From NCBI RefSeq assembly GCF_009914755.1, contig NC_060933.1: a DNA stretch of 64,000 bases; one strand, 5' to 3'. Below the pieces are notes generated by a model. It was not told the DNA's origin and ran no database searches. It saw only the letters and a program-made list of their open reading frames with translations. Shown here piece by piece: positions 32,755 through 47,466 of this stretch. Made by a program: the position numbers and the translations under genes. The number at the start of each line of letters is the position of its first letter. Within the stretch, counting starts at the first letter, position 1. The DNA comes from the human T2T-CHM13v2.0 reference genome, Homo sapiens.

Positions 32755-33872
32755 TGCCAAGACCAGCTCAGTTGTGGAGACTCTAACCTAGTGGCACTAG
32801 AGGAATTAAAGATACACACACAGAAATATAGACTGTGGAGTGGGAAATCAGGGGACTCACAGCCTTCAGAGCTGAGAGCCCCGAACAGAGTTTGACCCAC
32901 ATATTTATTGACAGCAAGCCAGTGATAAGCATTATTTCTATAGATTATAGATTAAGTAAAATATTCCTTATGGGAAACAAAGGGAGGGGCTCTGGCTAGT
33001 TATCTGCAGCAGGAACATGTCCTTAAGGCACAGATTGCTCATGGTATTGTTTGTGGTTTAGGAACTCCTTTTTTTTTTTTTTCTTTTATTATTATACTTT
33101 AAGTTTTAGGGTACATGTGCACATTGTGCAGGTTCGTTACATATGTATACATGTGCCATGCTGGTGCGCTGCACCCACTAACTCATCATCTAGCATTAGG
33201 TGTATCTCCTGATGCTATCCCTCCCCCCTCCCCCCACCCCACAACAGTCCCCAGAGTGTGATGTTCCCCTTCCTGTGTCCATGTGGTCTCATTGTTCAAT
33301 TCCCACCTATGAGTGAGAATATGCGGTGTTTGGTTTTTTGTTCTTGCGATAGTTTACTGAGAATGATGATTTCCAATTTCATCCATGTCCCTACAAAGGA
33401 CATGAACTCATCATTTTTTATGGCTGCATAGTATTCCATGGTGTATATGTGCCATATTTTCTTAATCCAGTCTATCATTGTTGGACATTTGGGTTGGTTC
33501 CAAGTCTTTGCTATTGTGAATAATGCCGCATAAACTTTTACACTGTTGGTGGGACTGTAAACTAGTTCAACCATTGTGGAAGTCAGTGTGGCAATTCCTC
33601 AGGGATCTAGAACTAGAAATACCATTTGACCCAGCCATCCCATTACTGGGTATATACCCAAAGGACTATAAATCATGCTGCTCTAAAGGAACTCCTTTAA
33701 GTGGTTTTCTGCCCTGGGTGGGGCAGGTGTTCCTTGCCCTCATTCTGGTAAACCAACAACCTTCAGCGTGGGCATCATGGCCATCACGAGCATGTCACAG
33801 CACTGCAGAGTTTTTGTTTATGGCCAGTTTTGGAGCCAGTTTATGGCCAGATTTGGGGGCCTGTTCCCAACA
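32755..33872 (-). mobile_element. MER9 solo LTR (HERV-K9/HML-3) split by a young L1
   Basis: Reverse strand starts tgttgggaacaggcccccaaatctggccataaactggc and ends gagctggtcttggca. Pieces are 32755-33071 and 33687-33872. Flanks atagat and ataggc form only a partial 6-bp TSD. Confidence 0.88.
33072..33688 (-). mobile_element. 5'-inverted L1PA2-like insertion; 3' part 33072-33535 on -, inverted part 33534-33688 on +
   Basis: Poly(T), 3' UTR with GAG-type diagnostic (gatgatgagttagtgggtgcagcgcaccagcatgg), ORF2 end RIFSLIGGN; perfect 12-bp TSD aggaactccttt at 33060-33071 and 33687-33698. Confidence 0.93.
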
Positions 33873-34149
33873 ATAGGCTTGCAGCAATGTCTTGTCTTTT
33901 ATAGAGTAAGCTACTTTTTAATTCAACAAATGTGTACTAACATCTATTATATTCAAATCATTAGTTCAGGAATTATCAATGGTGTATATGTTAGAAAAAG
34001 CTGAAAGTGTTTTAGTGGACATGTATCTCTTTTTTCTTTCAAACACAGAGACTCCTATGGAGATCCAGCATCTTTACAAATAGCTTCAGTATGGGATAAT
34101 CATTATTTGGTTAACTCTACTTTTTAAAATTTTTGCCTTAAGTAATTAT

Positions 34150-35111
34150 ATTTTCTCTGGACACACCAAGAACTTCACAAAAGGGCATATCTAAATGGTC
34201 CCTGGACATGAAAACATTGCATTTTGTTAGTCATCATAAAAACACAATATAACATAATAATTCAATATCTCTATACACCTATTGGAATGGCTAAATGCCA
34301 TACAAACAACTAAAGATTATATTTTAATTTTTCTGCTGACTCTGATATAGCAAAATCTGTATAGTTCTGCAGAATTTCAACTTGTATTTCTGGGTGCCCT
34401 GAAGAAGATCTCAGTTGACATCACAAACAATATTCACATATTTTTTTCACTTTTGTACCCCTAAGTTTGCTGCCAACAAAGAATCTTAAAGAAGAAAATT
34501 ACTGCAATAAATGATGCTAATAGCAGTCTGATAGGCACTAAATAAAATTAATAACAGGTCACCTCACAAGAATTCTTCCAAAGTCGTATAATAGGTATGT
34601 ATACATTTAATAAAAATACAAAGTATTGTTGATTTCATCTCATATTATACACAAAAATAAAATCTGGATGGACTGCAGTTATGTATAAAAAAAAGAATCA
34701 CAATTCTAGAAAAAAATTCAGAGTAGTGTCTTCATAACCTTCAAACAAGCAAAGATTTATTGAAAATGACAAAACGTGCTAATCATAAATAAAATAATGA
34801 GTAGCATGACATTTTTAAAATGAATAACTTTTATTCATCAAACAGTAAGATAGGTATAGGTTAGTGACTGAATGAGATGAGATGTTTTCAGTAAATATAC
34901 CCAACAATAACACTGATATTGAGAATAAATGAACTCTTAGAAATTGATAGGGAATAGGCAGACAACCCATCAGCAAAAGGAAGAAAAATAAACAAGAATA
35001 AGTACTTCACAATAGAGGATATATAAATGGCCTCTGGACATAGGAAGATGTTGCACTTTGTTTTAAAATAATAATTGAATGGCAATACATATCCATTAGA
35101 ATGTCTAAAAT

Positions 35112-35154
<43 letters not shown>

Positions 35155-35790
35155 ACCAAGCATTTGGAAAACTATGGAGTAACTAGATCTCTCATGTACT
35201 GACTGTGAAGTGGAAATTTGTTGCAATAGTAGAAAAATTGATTGACATGATATGCTCGTATGTAACATGTATGTATCTTGTGACCTAACAATTTCACTCT
35301 TAGTTATGTACCCAACAAAAAATACACGCATATATGTAGCAAACTTTATGCGTACAAACATTCATGGCAACTTAATTTGGCCCAAATTAGAAACAATCCA
35401 GTTGTCCATAGTAATAAATCAATTAATTGTGGAGTATTTACACATTTGAATACTATGAAGCAATAAAAATAAAGGAACCATTGCACATGTACAACATTTG
35501 AATTTCAAAAACCTTAAGTTTAACAATAGTTAGACACAAATGAGTTAATAATGGTTATATGAAGTTTATAAATTTTTCAAACAAGTATATCTAATATATG
35601 ATGATAGACTTTACAGTAGTTATAACTTCTGTGTAGTTAGTGACTGGGAGAGGGCAAAAGGGGCACGTTTGGAATGCTACTAGTGAAATATTTGTCATCT
35701 GGTTAGTTGCTACAAATAAAATATGTGGCCTCAAGATTTGTGCATGTCTTTGCAGGTTTTTAGATTTCAGATAACAGTGTTCTTAATAAA
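34150..35790 (+). mobile_element. Old L1ME-like ORF2/3' fragments containing a (CA)n at 35114-35152
   Basis: acttcacaatagaggatatataaatggcc, caatttcactcttagttatgtaccc, attgtggagtatttacac. Confidence 0.6.
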
Positions 35791-36902
35791 TACGTAAATA
35801 AATAATCCAGGAGAGAATGGTAGTTTGGACTAGAGTACTAATGAAGTGGTAAGAAGTGGTTCAATCTATTTGGAAGGTAAAGTCAATACTATATGCTGAA
35901 AATTAACTGTGCCGTGCCAGAGAAATAAATTTTAGATGACTTCTGAGGAAGTAGAAAATTATGCTTGGTATTAAAAAGAAGAAACAGCAGGTTTTGGGAG
36001 GTAAGATCATGTATTTGGTTTGTGACATGATAAATTTGATGTGCTTTCAAATAGTCCACTGGAGAGAAAAGAAAGAAATCTCATATTCCTATTCGCCATT
36101 CAGTAGAGAAATCTTGGAAAAAATAAAAATACAAAAAAAGTTGAAAGAAAAAAGAAAAAGAATATACATAGTTGGCATATCTACAATAATACATAAATAG
36201 ATGTCATTTTAGGAGCATTGTTTAGATATAGTGAGAGAAATTCATACATATGAAATATTTCATTCATAATATAATTTCCAAGATCCATCAGCCTAATATA
36301 GCTGCAAACACATAAATTTAAATTTAATTATTATTTACACATCTCTTTCATAAAATAAGAATTCTGCAGACAAAAACAAACAATAGTTCAGGTGTAGAAT
36401 ATTTGGGAAGAACAAATAGATCTTGTTCAATGAGCATATATATATATATATGTATATGTATATACACACTGACTATAACAAAGAATATATATGTTCTTTA
36501 TAAGCATACATGAAAGTTACTTTTTAAATGGAACACACAAAACCATAAAGCAAAAGTCAAAAATATGAAAGAATTGTACCTATTAGGTTTCTAAACACAG
36601 TACAATCTTGTTAAAAATGCAATAAGCATAGACATTGGTTTGAGCTGGGAGAGTCTATTTTTATGTCCAATAGCCCATATCCAAGGAAAGACATATAAAA
36701 AGATACCATTAAAAGCACCTTTATTTGTATGTTAAATTACATTATCATCCTAGTTACACATCAATAATAAAAGATATTCTCAAATTACATTTTGAAACAC
36801 AAATTTAAATAAGTAATGGATTAAGAAAAACATTATATGGGAAATGATACTTTGAACTCATCAATAACACATTTCTATAATCAGGTACATTGGAGCTTTA
36901 AA

Positions 36903-37257
36903 GAAGAGTTTCTCAAACTTTTGTTCTCAGGACTCTGTTAAAATATTAGGCATTATTGAAGTACCTTACAGATCTTGTGCATGTAGGAAGTATCTTTCAA
37001 TATTTTCCATATTAGAAAATAAAGCAGAAAAATTTTTCAAATACAATATTGCACAAGCACAAATTTGATTAGTCATAAGAACAATTATGTCATATTACCT
37101 AGCCTCTGGAAAATTCCACCTTGCTTCATGAGAGCAGGAGAGTGAAAATAGTGAATAATATGTAAGTATTATTTTGAAATAGTTTTAAACTCGTAACCCT
37201 TTTAAAAGATCTCAGAGACAACCAGGTGTTTCCAAGTCATACTTTGAGAGCTTCTAT
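36903..37257. mobile_element. hAT-Charlie MITE (Charlie18a/Charlie4a-like)
   Basis: Ends tttctcaaactttt...ctcaggac and catactttgaga; internal tagcctctggaaaattccac...gagagtgaaaa. Confidence 0.7.
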
Positions 37258-38794
37258 TTTAAGAAAATGTATTGTATATATTCATTTAAGTTGTTTTTAA
37301 GAGAAATTTATAGATTTAAATAAGATCTATTTAATTATCATACTACACTCTTATTACTAAAAGTTATGCAAGCTGCCAATTAGTGAGTTAAGTAGCACCA
37401 GTGAAAAATTAGAATATAAAGAATTAAACTATAAAATAAAGGAAGGACATTATAAAAATGACATAAATGAAGCATAAAATTAAAAAGTAACAAAGGATAG
37501 CAACAATATCCTAGTTACTTTGTAATATTTAATAAAATAGGCATACTTCTGTCTATACTGCTGAAGACAAAATATAAATATGAAGAATATGAAGAATAAA
37601 TAATATCCATAAATAATACAAAGAAATAAAATAATATTCTTAAATAATATGAAAAATAAAAAGTGGACATAGTACAAATACAGTAAAAATAAGCAAAATA
37701 AGAGAGAGGAAGGATCCTCAGGAAGGATCTCGTGATCTTTTTGTGTTGTGTTCCCTGCCGTAAGGTCGTATACGCCTCCTCTAATCCCAGACTATATAAA
37801 GAACAAAAGATGGAAGAAGAAGATAAGGAAATAGAAAACACTGATAATTAAAAAGAGAGAGAGAGAAACTCAGAGAAAGGATTTTTAAACCCAAGAAGGA
37901 ATTCACAAACTTAAAGTTCACATGTTAAGTCCATACATTCGACTACATAGATAGATGGTAAGCTTGTGACGAAAATCAGTACTGAGTTAGATAATTTTTA
38001 TCGTACAGTTTAATGAACATAATAAATGATTAGTATGAATAAATTTGCAGTACTAATACCAAAGCTTATTCTTCAGAGGACCCATTATCTCAATTTTTCT
38101 TTCAAACTATTTATACCTAGTTATAGTTCATAGTCAAAGTCTCCCTCTTTCTCAAATTGTGTTGCAAAGAACAGCCTTGGGACTGTCAGATATTGCTGAT
38201 CCCAGCCACGTTAGTGTTGTTAGTGTTAAGGGTTAAGGTGGGGCTAGGCCATGAGCCACAGTGTGATTTGCCTTAGACAAGTCTGCCTACTAGCCCAGGG
38301 AAAGATTAATTGCTTCCATGGTTTTTCCTTCACAGTTCCTTACATGGGGTTTCATTTTCTAGGCCCCAGGGCTTTTGTAAAATAAGCAAATGAAAAATAG
38401 AGGATATTTTATTCTACTCTTCATTCCCTTGGTTCCCATAGGCAGTGAAGTGAATTAAGAACGAAATATGAGAGAGTGGGGAAGAGAAAATCTCTTTAAT
38501 AAAAGTGTGGCTCTGTTCCTATTACAAGTGTTTTACATTCTGGCTACATATTACATGTAGTACAGGGACTCAATTCTTTAGAAGAGGTATTTTCAGAGGG
38601 AAACAAATAAGAAGGCATCAGCTCTGAAGCTGCTTCAGTATTTGTGGATTTTATGTAGGAATATAACCTCACAGCTCCTCCACTTTCTCCTTTCTTTTCA
38701 GGAAAAGCAGCTTCTCCCACTGGCATAGAGCTGCCCAACATTGACTGCCTTTCATCTGGGCCAATTATCTTTTGTCTGATTTTCCTAGCAGAGG

Positions 38795-39242
38795 CAATAG
38801 TTCCTCCTTATCTGCAATTTCTATGTCCTTATTTGACCCATCTGGGACATGAATTATCCCTTTGTCCAGACTATCCACAGCATCTATGCTATCTGCCTGT
38901 TAGTTACTGAGTAGCCATCCCAGTTATTAGGTCAACTGTTGCAGTACCTCAGTGCTTGCGTTCAAATTAAAAAAAAAAAAGCACATCTTATTATACTTAA
39001 TAATGGTCTCAAAGTGCAAAAGTAGTGATGCTAATACATTGCTGTAATTGTTCTATTTTATTATTGGTTTTTGTTGCCAACTCCTTTCTGTGCCTAATTT
39101 ATAAACTAAATTATAAACTAAATTGTTTTATAAATATGTTTGTATTGAAAAAACATTAACTACATAATACACATTATATATATACACATTATACAGATAT
39201 AATGTGTATATATATATACACACACACTATATATCTATATAA

Positions 39243-39289
<47 letters not shown>

Positions 39290-39367
39290 GTTTGGTACTA
39301 TCCGTGGTTTCAGACATTTACTGGAGGTCTTGGAAACATATTCCCTGCATTTAAGTGGAAACTATTT
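38795..39367. mobile_element. MER44/Tigger7-derived MITE with internal (TA)n/(CA)n expansion
   Basis: caatagttcctccttatctgc start, caaagtgcaaaagtagtgatgct, tttggtactatccgtggtttcag...ggtcttggaa near the end. Confidence 0.8.
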
Positions 39368-40489
39368 CTCTTTCTGTTGATTCATTAGCCTTAGAACTTT
39401 CTAAAAGAATGAATTCACGCTGGCTCTTTTGGCCCTTATTGCAGGTTTACTTTCTCACTCAGGGTGGTGATGGAGACAGGAGCTACTCAAAGTGCTTGGG
39501 TATATTTAACAAATTGATAAAGCTCTCTGGCATATAATCAGGCTGTTAAGGGCTCAAAAACCATCAACTTTTGAATGATGAGTAGAATTCCTACAATATT
39601 CTCTATTCCTTGGGGAAGTAATTCTCTAACCATTTGCTAAACCTCCTATGTATTTTTATGGAACCCATAAATAAATTGAAATTTAAAAGATTTAATTTGT
39701 TCCTGAAGGTCTTCACAAAGCTCTCCACAATGTAGGAATTTAAAAAATTAAATGAAAAGTTAAAGAGTTGGGGTTGCACAATGAGATTTTACAATGAAAT
39801 TTTAAGAAGTAATATGACATTGGGTATTCAAAGAAGAAAAATGGATAGAAGCAGGCAAGCTGGAACAGATAGGACAAACAACATAAAGCACCCACGAAAC
39901 AGTGCTCAAGTGCTCAACCAGATAAGACTTTTTTTTACTCAATTATAGTATGAGCACCTTGATCTGGGAATGATTTACATCTAGAGATAAGAATTAGAAA
40001 AAATATCCTAGAAAAAAGTAGTGAAGAGTGAAATTATAATAATCCCTAGTGCAATGAAACAACTAGGTTATATGACATGACTCTTGCCCCTTTAATTATT
40101 CCAATTATTCCTAAAAAGAAGAGATCTGTGTTACTAATAGTAACTAACAAAGTGGCCCATGGATACAGGCAGAATAAAATTCAATGCTTATTCCCAGCTT
40201 GGTCTATTTCAGGTAGTAGGATTTTCTATTGATTATTTTGTTTGTTTGTATTTTTCTTATTTAATCCTTAGGAAAACTCAAGTCCAGCTAGCTCATACAG
40301 TTTTTTTTGAGGGGCGCACTCAATGTATTTTTATAAAAATACAAAATAAATAGAAGATAAGACATAAATATAAATGACTTCCAGGTTTTGTGTTTTATAT
40401 GATATACTTAATTGAGTTAATAAGCTTCTAGGTTTTGAGTTTCATATGATATACAATATATAATATAAAACTACAATAACTGACAGAGC

Positions 40490-41245
40490 TTTGCTAGAAC
40501 AGCTTAGGGCCTGCATCCACTGAGAAAGGCAAGATAATTGAGTCTGCTCTGGTAGGCATTGAGCCCATATCCCCAGCCACCAGCCCAAAGCCTGGGGCCA
40601 CAGGGGCTGACTTAATGGCAGGGTAGATATAAACCCAGAAGCTGCTGAGGACAGCCTCATGCTGAGGCAGGCCCAAAGCTCAATGCTGCTTGGGCAGCTT
40701 GGCATTGGAGTAAGTTGAAGCTGAGTGCCACTGGGGGTGGCCTGATTTTGAGTGTAGACCAGGGTGTGGGGTCACTGAGTTTGACTTTGTAGTGGGGCAG
40801 ACTAAAGATAGAGTCTGCCTTGCATTCCTGGAGCCTAGGTCTATGAGGTCCAGCCTAGCACCTGGGCAAGCCGGGAGGAGGATCAGTCTGTGGGCATCAG
40901 CATAGAGGTGGGGTGGTCATAGTGGCCTGCTCAGTGCTGGATTTTGCTGTAGCAAGTCTGGTTTTGAAGTCCAAGGCAGAGTTCTGTGCTCACTTCCCTT
41001 TCCTTCTTCCACAAGGAGGGTATCTTTGTCAATACCTTCTTGCCTAGGGGTGATATAGGTAACATAAAACTATACTTTCTACCCCTTTAATGCATTTGTT
41101 TTTATTTTTGTGTTACATCCAGGTGATATAATCTCTCATCTGATTTGCACAGCTAATGTAAAAGTATTTTGATGTGCGAATAGTTGTTCAAACTGATGTT
41201 ACAGGCGACAACCTCTGTAGAATCCTAGACCACTATCTTGCTCCC
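40490..41245 (-). mobile_element. Old L1M 5' UTR fragment
   Basis: GC-richer block whose right end reads ggagcaagatagtg on the reverse strand (L1 5' start motif ggagcaagatggc), with gaatagttgttcaaa nearby. Confidence 0.6.
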
Positions 41246-41334
41246 TTGGAACATTCTTAAACTGGTTTTTCTCTCTGTATCTCTGCATGTGTATATGTGT
41301 GTTTGTGTGTGTGAATGTGTGTGTGTGTGTGTAG

Positions 41335-42060
41335 CATACGTATATTTTCATTTATCTTGAGTAAATAGCAAGATATTGAATTGCTGGGTCACAGTGTAGG
41401 TGTATATGTAACTTTGTCAGAAACTGTTAAATGGTTCTTCAAGTTGGTTGTATAATTTTTGCTACCCACAAGACACCAAAAATGAATGACTGTTTTTTGT
41501 TTTCTCCATATTTAAAACATTTGATATTATTGATCTTTTCCGTATTAGCTATTTTAATGTTTTTAAGAAAATACTTTATTTTCATTTTAATTTACATTTT
41601 CCTAATGACAATTTTCATCAGCTTATTAATGTGTTTGTTAACCATTCATACATCATCTTTCTAAATCTATATTCCAGTCTTTTTTCATATTGAATGGATG
41701 CCTATGTTGGTCAAATAGCAATAAAAAGCACATAATTGAGTCTACTTCTGGACAATCAATTCTGCTCCAGTGATTCATTTTTTATGCTTAAACTTTACTA
41801 CACTGTCTTAATTACTTTAGCTTTAAGTAAGTCTTTCATAGAGTATAAATATTCTGATTTTATTTTTTTCTTCAGGAATGCTTTTGCTTTTCAGTTCTTT
41901 GCATTTCATACAAAATGATTTTTGCACATCTTGCACTGGAGCTGTTCTAGAGACAAATTATATTCCTTCTTGAGAGCATATACCTTTACTTTGTTTTCAT
42001 ATTTGAATGGCAATTTATTTGGATATTAACTTATAGTCTATTTCTTTTCTTTTCAATGGT
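41335..42060 (-). mobile_element. Old L1M fragments
   Basis: aattgctgggtca, ttttaatttacattttcctaatgac, cactgtcttaattactttagcttta. Confidence 0.6.
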
Positions 42061-42370
42061 TTCAAGATGTAATAGTTATCAGTTAAATATATCCAAGAAC
42101 ACACTTGTAATCAATATTTACTATATGAAAAAGGCGTCCCAGGAGGAAACATGAAGACTCTTTTAGAAGGTGTAAAGAATAAGGCATTATAGAATTTGAA
42201 CTTATGCTAAATAATTTTGTGAAAGATTCAAGGAGAAAAAGTGGTTCAGTTTTGGTGCTATCAGTAAAGAGAGTAATCTAGTTATTAGTAAATCTCATCG
42301 AGAAAATTGTAACAACATAGCTGTAACCTAAAGCTGCTATTGGTAAAGAAAATATCAGTAGAGTGAAGAT

Positions 42371-42766
42371 TGTATTTGTTCTTGCATTGCTATAAAGAAA
42401 TACCTGATATTGGGTAATTTACAAAGGAAAGAGCTTCAGTTGGCTCATGATTCCACAGGCTATACAGAAAGCATGGCTGAGGAGACATGAGGAAACTTTC
42501 AATTATGGCAGAAGGCAAAGGGAATGCAGGGACATCTTACATGGTAGAGAATGAGAAAGAGAGCAGAGAGAAAGTGCTATGCTCTTTTAAAAAACTAGAT
42601 CTCATGAGAACGTACTCATTATACAGTACCAAGGCGGATGGTACTAAGCCATTCATGAGAACTCTGGCTCTGTAATTCAATCACCACTCACCAGACCTCA
42701 CCTCCAACACTGGGGGTTACAATTTAACATGAGATTTGGGTGGGGATACACATCCACACCATATCA
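42371..42766 (-). mobile_element. MSTA-like MaLR LTR
   Basis: tgcattgctataaagaaatacctga, caattatggcagaaggcaaaggg, gatggtactaagccattcatgagaac, ...caccatatca. Confidence 0.85.
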
Positions 42767-43192
42767 AACAGGTTGTTCATCTTTGTGTCTTCCACAGGGA
42801 CTTCATTTTTATCTGTGTTCAGAAATAATTACTAAGTAGTTCTCTTTTGTCAGTTTGTCATAATCACAGGGTGATTATTTAATGTAGTTCTAAAAGATTG
42901 TTTGTGTTTAATGTAAGGCCACCAACGTACCTGTGAGAACTAGGCAGTTCCTGTCAACATAAAAGTCTATGTATTAGTGAGTCTGGCTTCCAAATATCAG
43001 AGCTTACTTGACATTGTTTCTAAGACGTTTTATTATTTCTGATTAGAAATTATCCATTTTTATTTTTTAGTTCCCCAAATACAATGTATCATTATCTTTT
43101 CTAGCGAATGTTAACCTTTCCTCTTTTTCTTTGATTTTCGCCAGTACAACAATGATGTGCCTAATTTCAGTTTCTTTGTATTCATCCTGTTT

Positions 43193-43198
43193 GGTGTC

Positions 43199-43248
<50 letters not shown>

Positions 43249-44086
43249 ATTTTACTTTTATTTTAGATTCAGAAGATAGATGCACAGGTTTGTTATATGG
43301 GTAAATTGCACGTCACTGGGGTTTGGTTTATGCACGATCCTGCCACCAGGGTAGTGAGCATCATATTGATAAGTAGTTTTTTAACCCTCACCCTCCTCCC
43401 ACCCTCCCATTCTAGTAGTCCTCAGTCTCTATTGCTCTCATCTTTGTGTGCATGTGTACTCAATGTTTAACTCTTACATAAGATGTGAGAGAACCTGTGA
43501 AATTTTTTTTTGTTGTTGTTGTTCTCATGTGAATTCCCCTAGAATGATGGCCTCTAGCTCTATCTTGCTTCAAAGGATGTGATTTCATTCTTTTCTATGA
43601 CTGCATAACATTCCATGATGTATATGTATTATATTTTGTTTATCAAGTCCACTATTGTTGGACATCTAGGTTGATTTCATGTCTTTGCTATTGAGAATAG
43701 AGCTGCAGTGAACATACAAGTGCATGTGTCTTTCTGGTAGAATGATTTATTTTCCTTTGAATATGTAACTAGTAAAGGAATTGCTGGGTTGAATGGTAGT
43801 TTTGTTTTAAATTCTTTGAGAAATCTCCAAAATGATTTCCACAGTGGCTGATGGGTACCTGATATAATAGACACTTCCCCAAAGAAGACACACATGTGGT
43901 CAATGAATATAGGAAAAAAGCCTTAACATCATTGATCATTAGAGAAATGTAAATCAAAACTAGAGTGAGATATCATCTCATACCAGTCAGAATGGCTATT
44001 ATTAAAAGGTCGAAACATAACAGATGTTGGCAAGTTTGTGGGGGAAAGAGAATGCTTATACCCAGCTGGTAGGAATGTAAGTTAGT
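43193..44086 (-). mobile_element. 5'-inverted L1PA15/16-like insertion; 3' part to 43851 on -, inverted part 43851-44086 on +; tail region occupied by (GT)22
   Basis: Antisense ...ccacagtggctga switches to sense atggg...agacacttc...gtaagttagt. The two ends rejoin as gtaagttagt|tcagccactgtgg. Degenerate TSD catcctgtt (43183-43191) and cattctgtt (44087-44095). Confidence 0.85.
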
Positions 44087-47000
44087 CATTCTGTTCTTAA
44101 CAAAATAATTTTAAAACATTCTCAGTCATTATCTCATCACTTCTTTTAGACCATTTTCTCTCTTCTCTCCTGGGATTCCAATTGTAATGTTTATTTTTCT
44201 AAAACATTTGAAGTTCTGTATTTTTTTCAAATCTCTTTTCCTCTTTATATCAAAATTTAATTTCTATTAATCTGATCTGTTTCAAATCCATCCTTTTTTT
44301 TCTTCTGTTATGTTTAGCCTTCTCTTTAGCTTATCAAATAAATATAAATTTTATGTAATTTTGTTTCAATTTCTAAATTTTCTATCTAGTTGATTATGTC
44401 TTTCTGTTGAAATTTCTCATATATTCATAAATGTTATTCATGTCTCTGAAAAGACCCTTTAACAAGGTTTTATTAGTTATTTTAGATTTCTCATTTGACT
44501 ATGCAAACATATGAGCCATTTTAAGTTTGATTTTCTCTTTTCTCTAAAATATGAGTCTTATGCTCCTATGGTCTTACTTGCATGCAAAATACTCTCTGAG
44601 AAATAACCAGAGAGTGGAGTAAATAATATTGACACTAAGTAAAGAGCAACACATTTATTCTTTTAGGCTACTTGTATGAAAATTTGAGTTAATAAAATTT
44701 TAAGTTGAGCACAGTATGGGCTATGCTGTGACTTTAATTAGGTTCACTTCAGTACATGCTTTAAGTTTTAAGTGTAACATCAGGACTGTTCAGAAGAGTT
44801 TGAGATATGAGCACAGGTAAAGAGCTTAAGATTCGTGGAGACCTACCAAACAGCTGCTAGCTTTTGGAATAAGATATTTATATCTGCGTTGTAGTCTGGA
44901 TACCACCTTTGTGTGTTGCTACAGATTTCTCATTTTTTTTTCACTCTCGTCCTCCAATTTTTGCAATAAGAAAATCTCTCTCTGCTATACTTCCCTGGCC
45001 CCAAATTTAGAAAGCAGAAACAATACAAATAGTGAAGACCCAGAGAACCTAGAATATTTCTCTCAGCTCTCCTGTCCTGCGTCTATCCATTGAAAACTGT
45101 TACCATGCTACCAGAGAAGACCTTGGATGCTTCAGAAGGAATATCTTTGTGCGATTATTTCCTTCCCTACCCTTAAACCTGTATCCCCATGCACTTGTAA
45201 AGTTTCAGTAGAATGCTTTGGAGAGTGGCTCAAACTTCTTCAATGTCTGAGATATGTCAATAATTTCATACACATGCCACAGTCAACTATTAAAAGTTGG
45301 TCGGTTTCTTCTTAATTGCATCAATTGGGAATTTATTTTTTACCTGACACTGATCCAGAGATGAAAGCAGCCATGGGTATCTTCTTTCTTCGTAATGTCT
45401 TGTCACTCTTCTGAAATTCAGTTTAATCAGTATTCATTGCAAATCACAACCTGGAGAGTTTTGAAAACTATCATTTGTTAATCTTATCTGGCTGGCTTTG
45501 GTTATTAAGAAAGAGTAATGCCTATTGTGATTTTTCAATTCCTAACGAGAAGAGAAGCTCACTATTATTATATTTGATGGCATTTTTATTTATGTATGTG
45601 CTGTTAATAATACAAGAGAAAAATCACAAGTTTCCACTATCATAGATGCTTTTATTTGTGTATTACTAATACTTGTAGAAGGTGATTTTTTCCATCTTAA
45701 CTGAAAAAGCTACTTGATATTGTCTTAATAATTAGACTTATAAAATTTTAAATTTAATCAATGCCCTTATTATGCTAAGAAGGGTAAATATGATCATTCT
45801 CTGCTACTTCGGGAAAGATTGAGATTGAAATTTTACTTGAAGCAATATATATTCTTTATATATATATATATAACTTCGACAAATTTGAATAAAATGCTTT
45901 TATTTCAAACATCCACAGTGAAATTCTATATAATAGTGACCCTCACCCTAAAGAGCTGTCCTTGAACATGTGTCTTCAGGAACTAGTGCAACTAGAAAGT
46001 GTTAAGAAAGGCTGTAGGTTATTCTGGAGAGACAAATCAGATTAAATTAGAATTCAGAATTAAATCTCTCTTTTTTATATATTATGTGAATGATACCGTG
46101 ATAACTTATGTACCTAATTAATTATTTAATCAAGTGAATCATTTATCAAACATTTATTGATATGTGACCTGTGGTAATAATAGCCGAGGGTACAAGGTAT
46201 CACTTTCTTTCTTAACAAAACTTATTTTTTATTGCCATTCAGATCTGCTGTTGATGAATTCTCTCAACTTTTGTGTGTTTGCAAAAGTCTTTATTTTACT
46301 GTTATTTATGAAAGATAATTTTTCTAGATATAAATCCCAGGTTGTCAAGTGGCTTTTTGTTTTGTTTTTAGTATTTTTAAAGGTGCTGTTTAATTATCTT
46401 TTCACTTTCAAGATTTCATGGTCTGACAGGAAATCTTCTGTAATGTTTGTCTCCAATTCTCCATCTAAAAAAAGTGTCTTTTACTGTTACTATATCTAAG
46501 AATTTTTTGTCACTAGTTTTAGGGACTATCATAATGATGTGTCTTTGTGTTATACTTGAGGTTTGTTGAGAAACTTATATCTGTGGATTTAGTTTTTAAA
46601 TTAAATGTGAGAGAAATTAAATCATTTTAATTTATATATTTATCTTCCTACCCACCAAGCTATTTCTCACCTTTTATTTGGGGATTCTAGTCACATGTAT
46701 AATGGGCCCTTTGAAGATTACTGGTGTTATTCTTTTTTTTTTTTTTTTTTGAGTCTTTTTTTTTCTCTCAGTATTTCATTTTGGATAATTCCTGTCGCTG
46801 TTTATTCAAGTTTAATATTTTATTTCTTCTGCTAAGTCTAATCTGCTATTAATCAGTTGCGGAGTAGATGAAAGGTCTTTCTGGTGAATTGTTACTGAAC
46901 TAAGACTTGAATGACAAAAGGTTAGTTATGAGAATATCTTGGAGAACAACTCAGGCAGAGCAATTGACCAGAGTAAATAACTTCCATAAAAATATGTTTG

Positions 47001-47150
47001 AGAGGGTGGAGCAAGATGGCAAAATAGAAGATCGCACTGATCAGTCCCCCATTCAGGAACAACAAATTTAACAGTTATCTACACACAAAATAATACACCT
47101 TCATAAAAATAATTAAAAAAAATAGATGAGCACTCACAGTGCTTGGTTTT

Positions 47151-47466
<316 letters not shown>

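Noticed and set aside
33523-33876. 117-aa ATG ORF fusing L1 and MER9 sequence
   Set aside because: Accidental read-through across an insertion junction into an antisense LTR, with no domain beyond an L1 fragment.
42068-42959. Possible TG...CA LTR hosting the MSTA
   Set aside because: No convincing TSD and I cannot assign a family; it needs a Dfam search.
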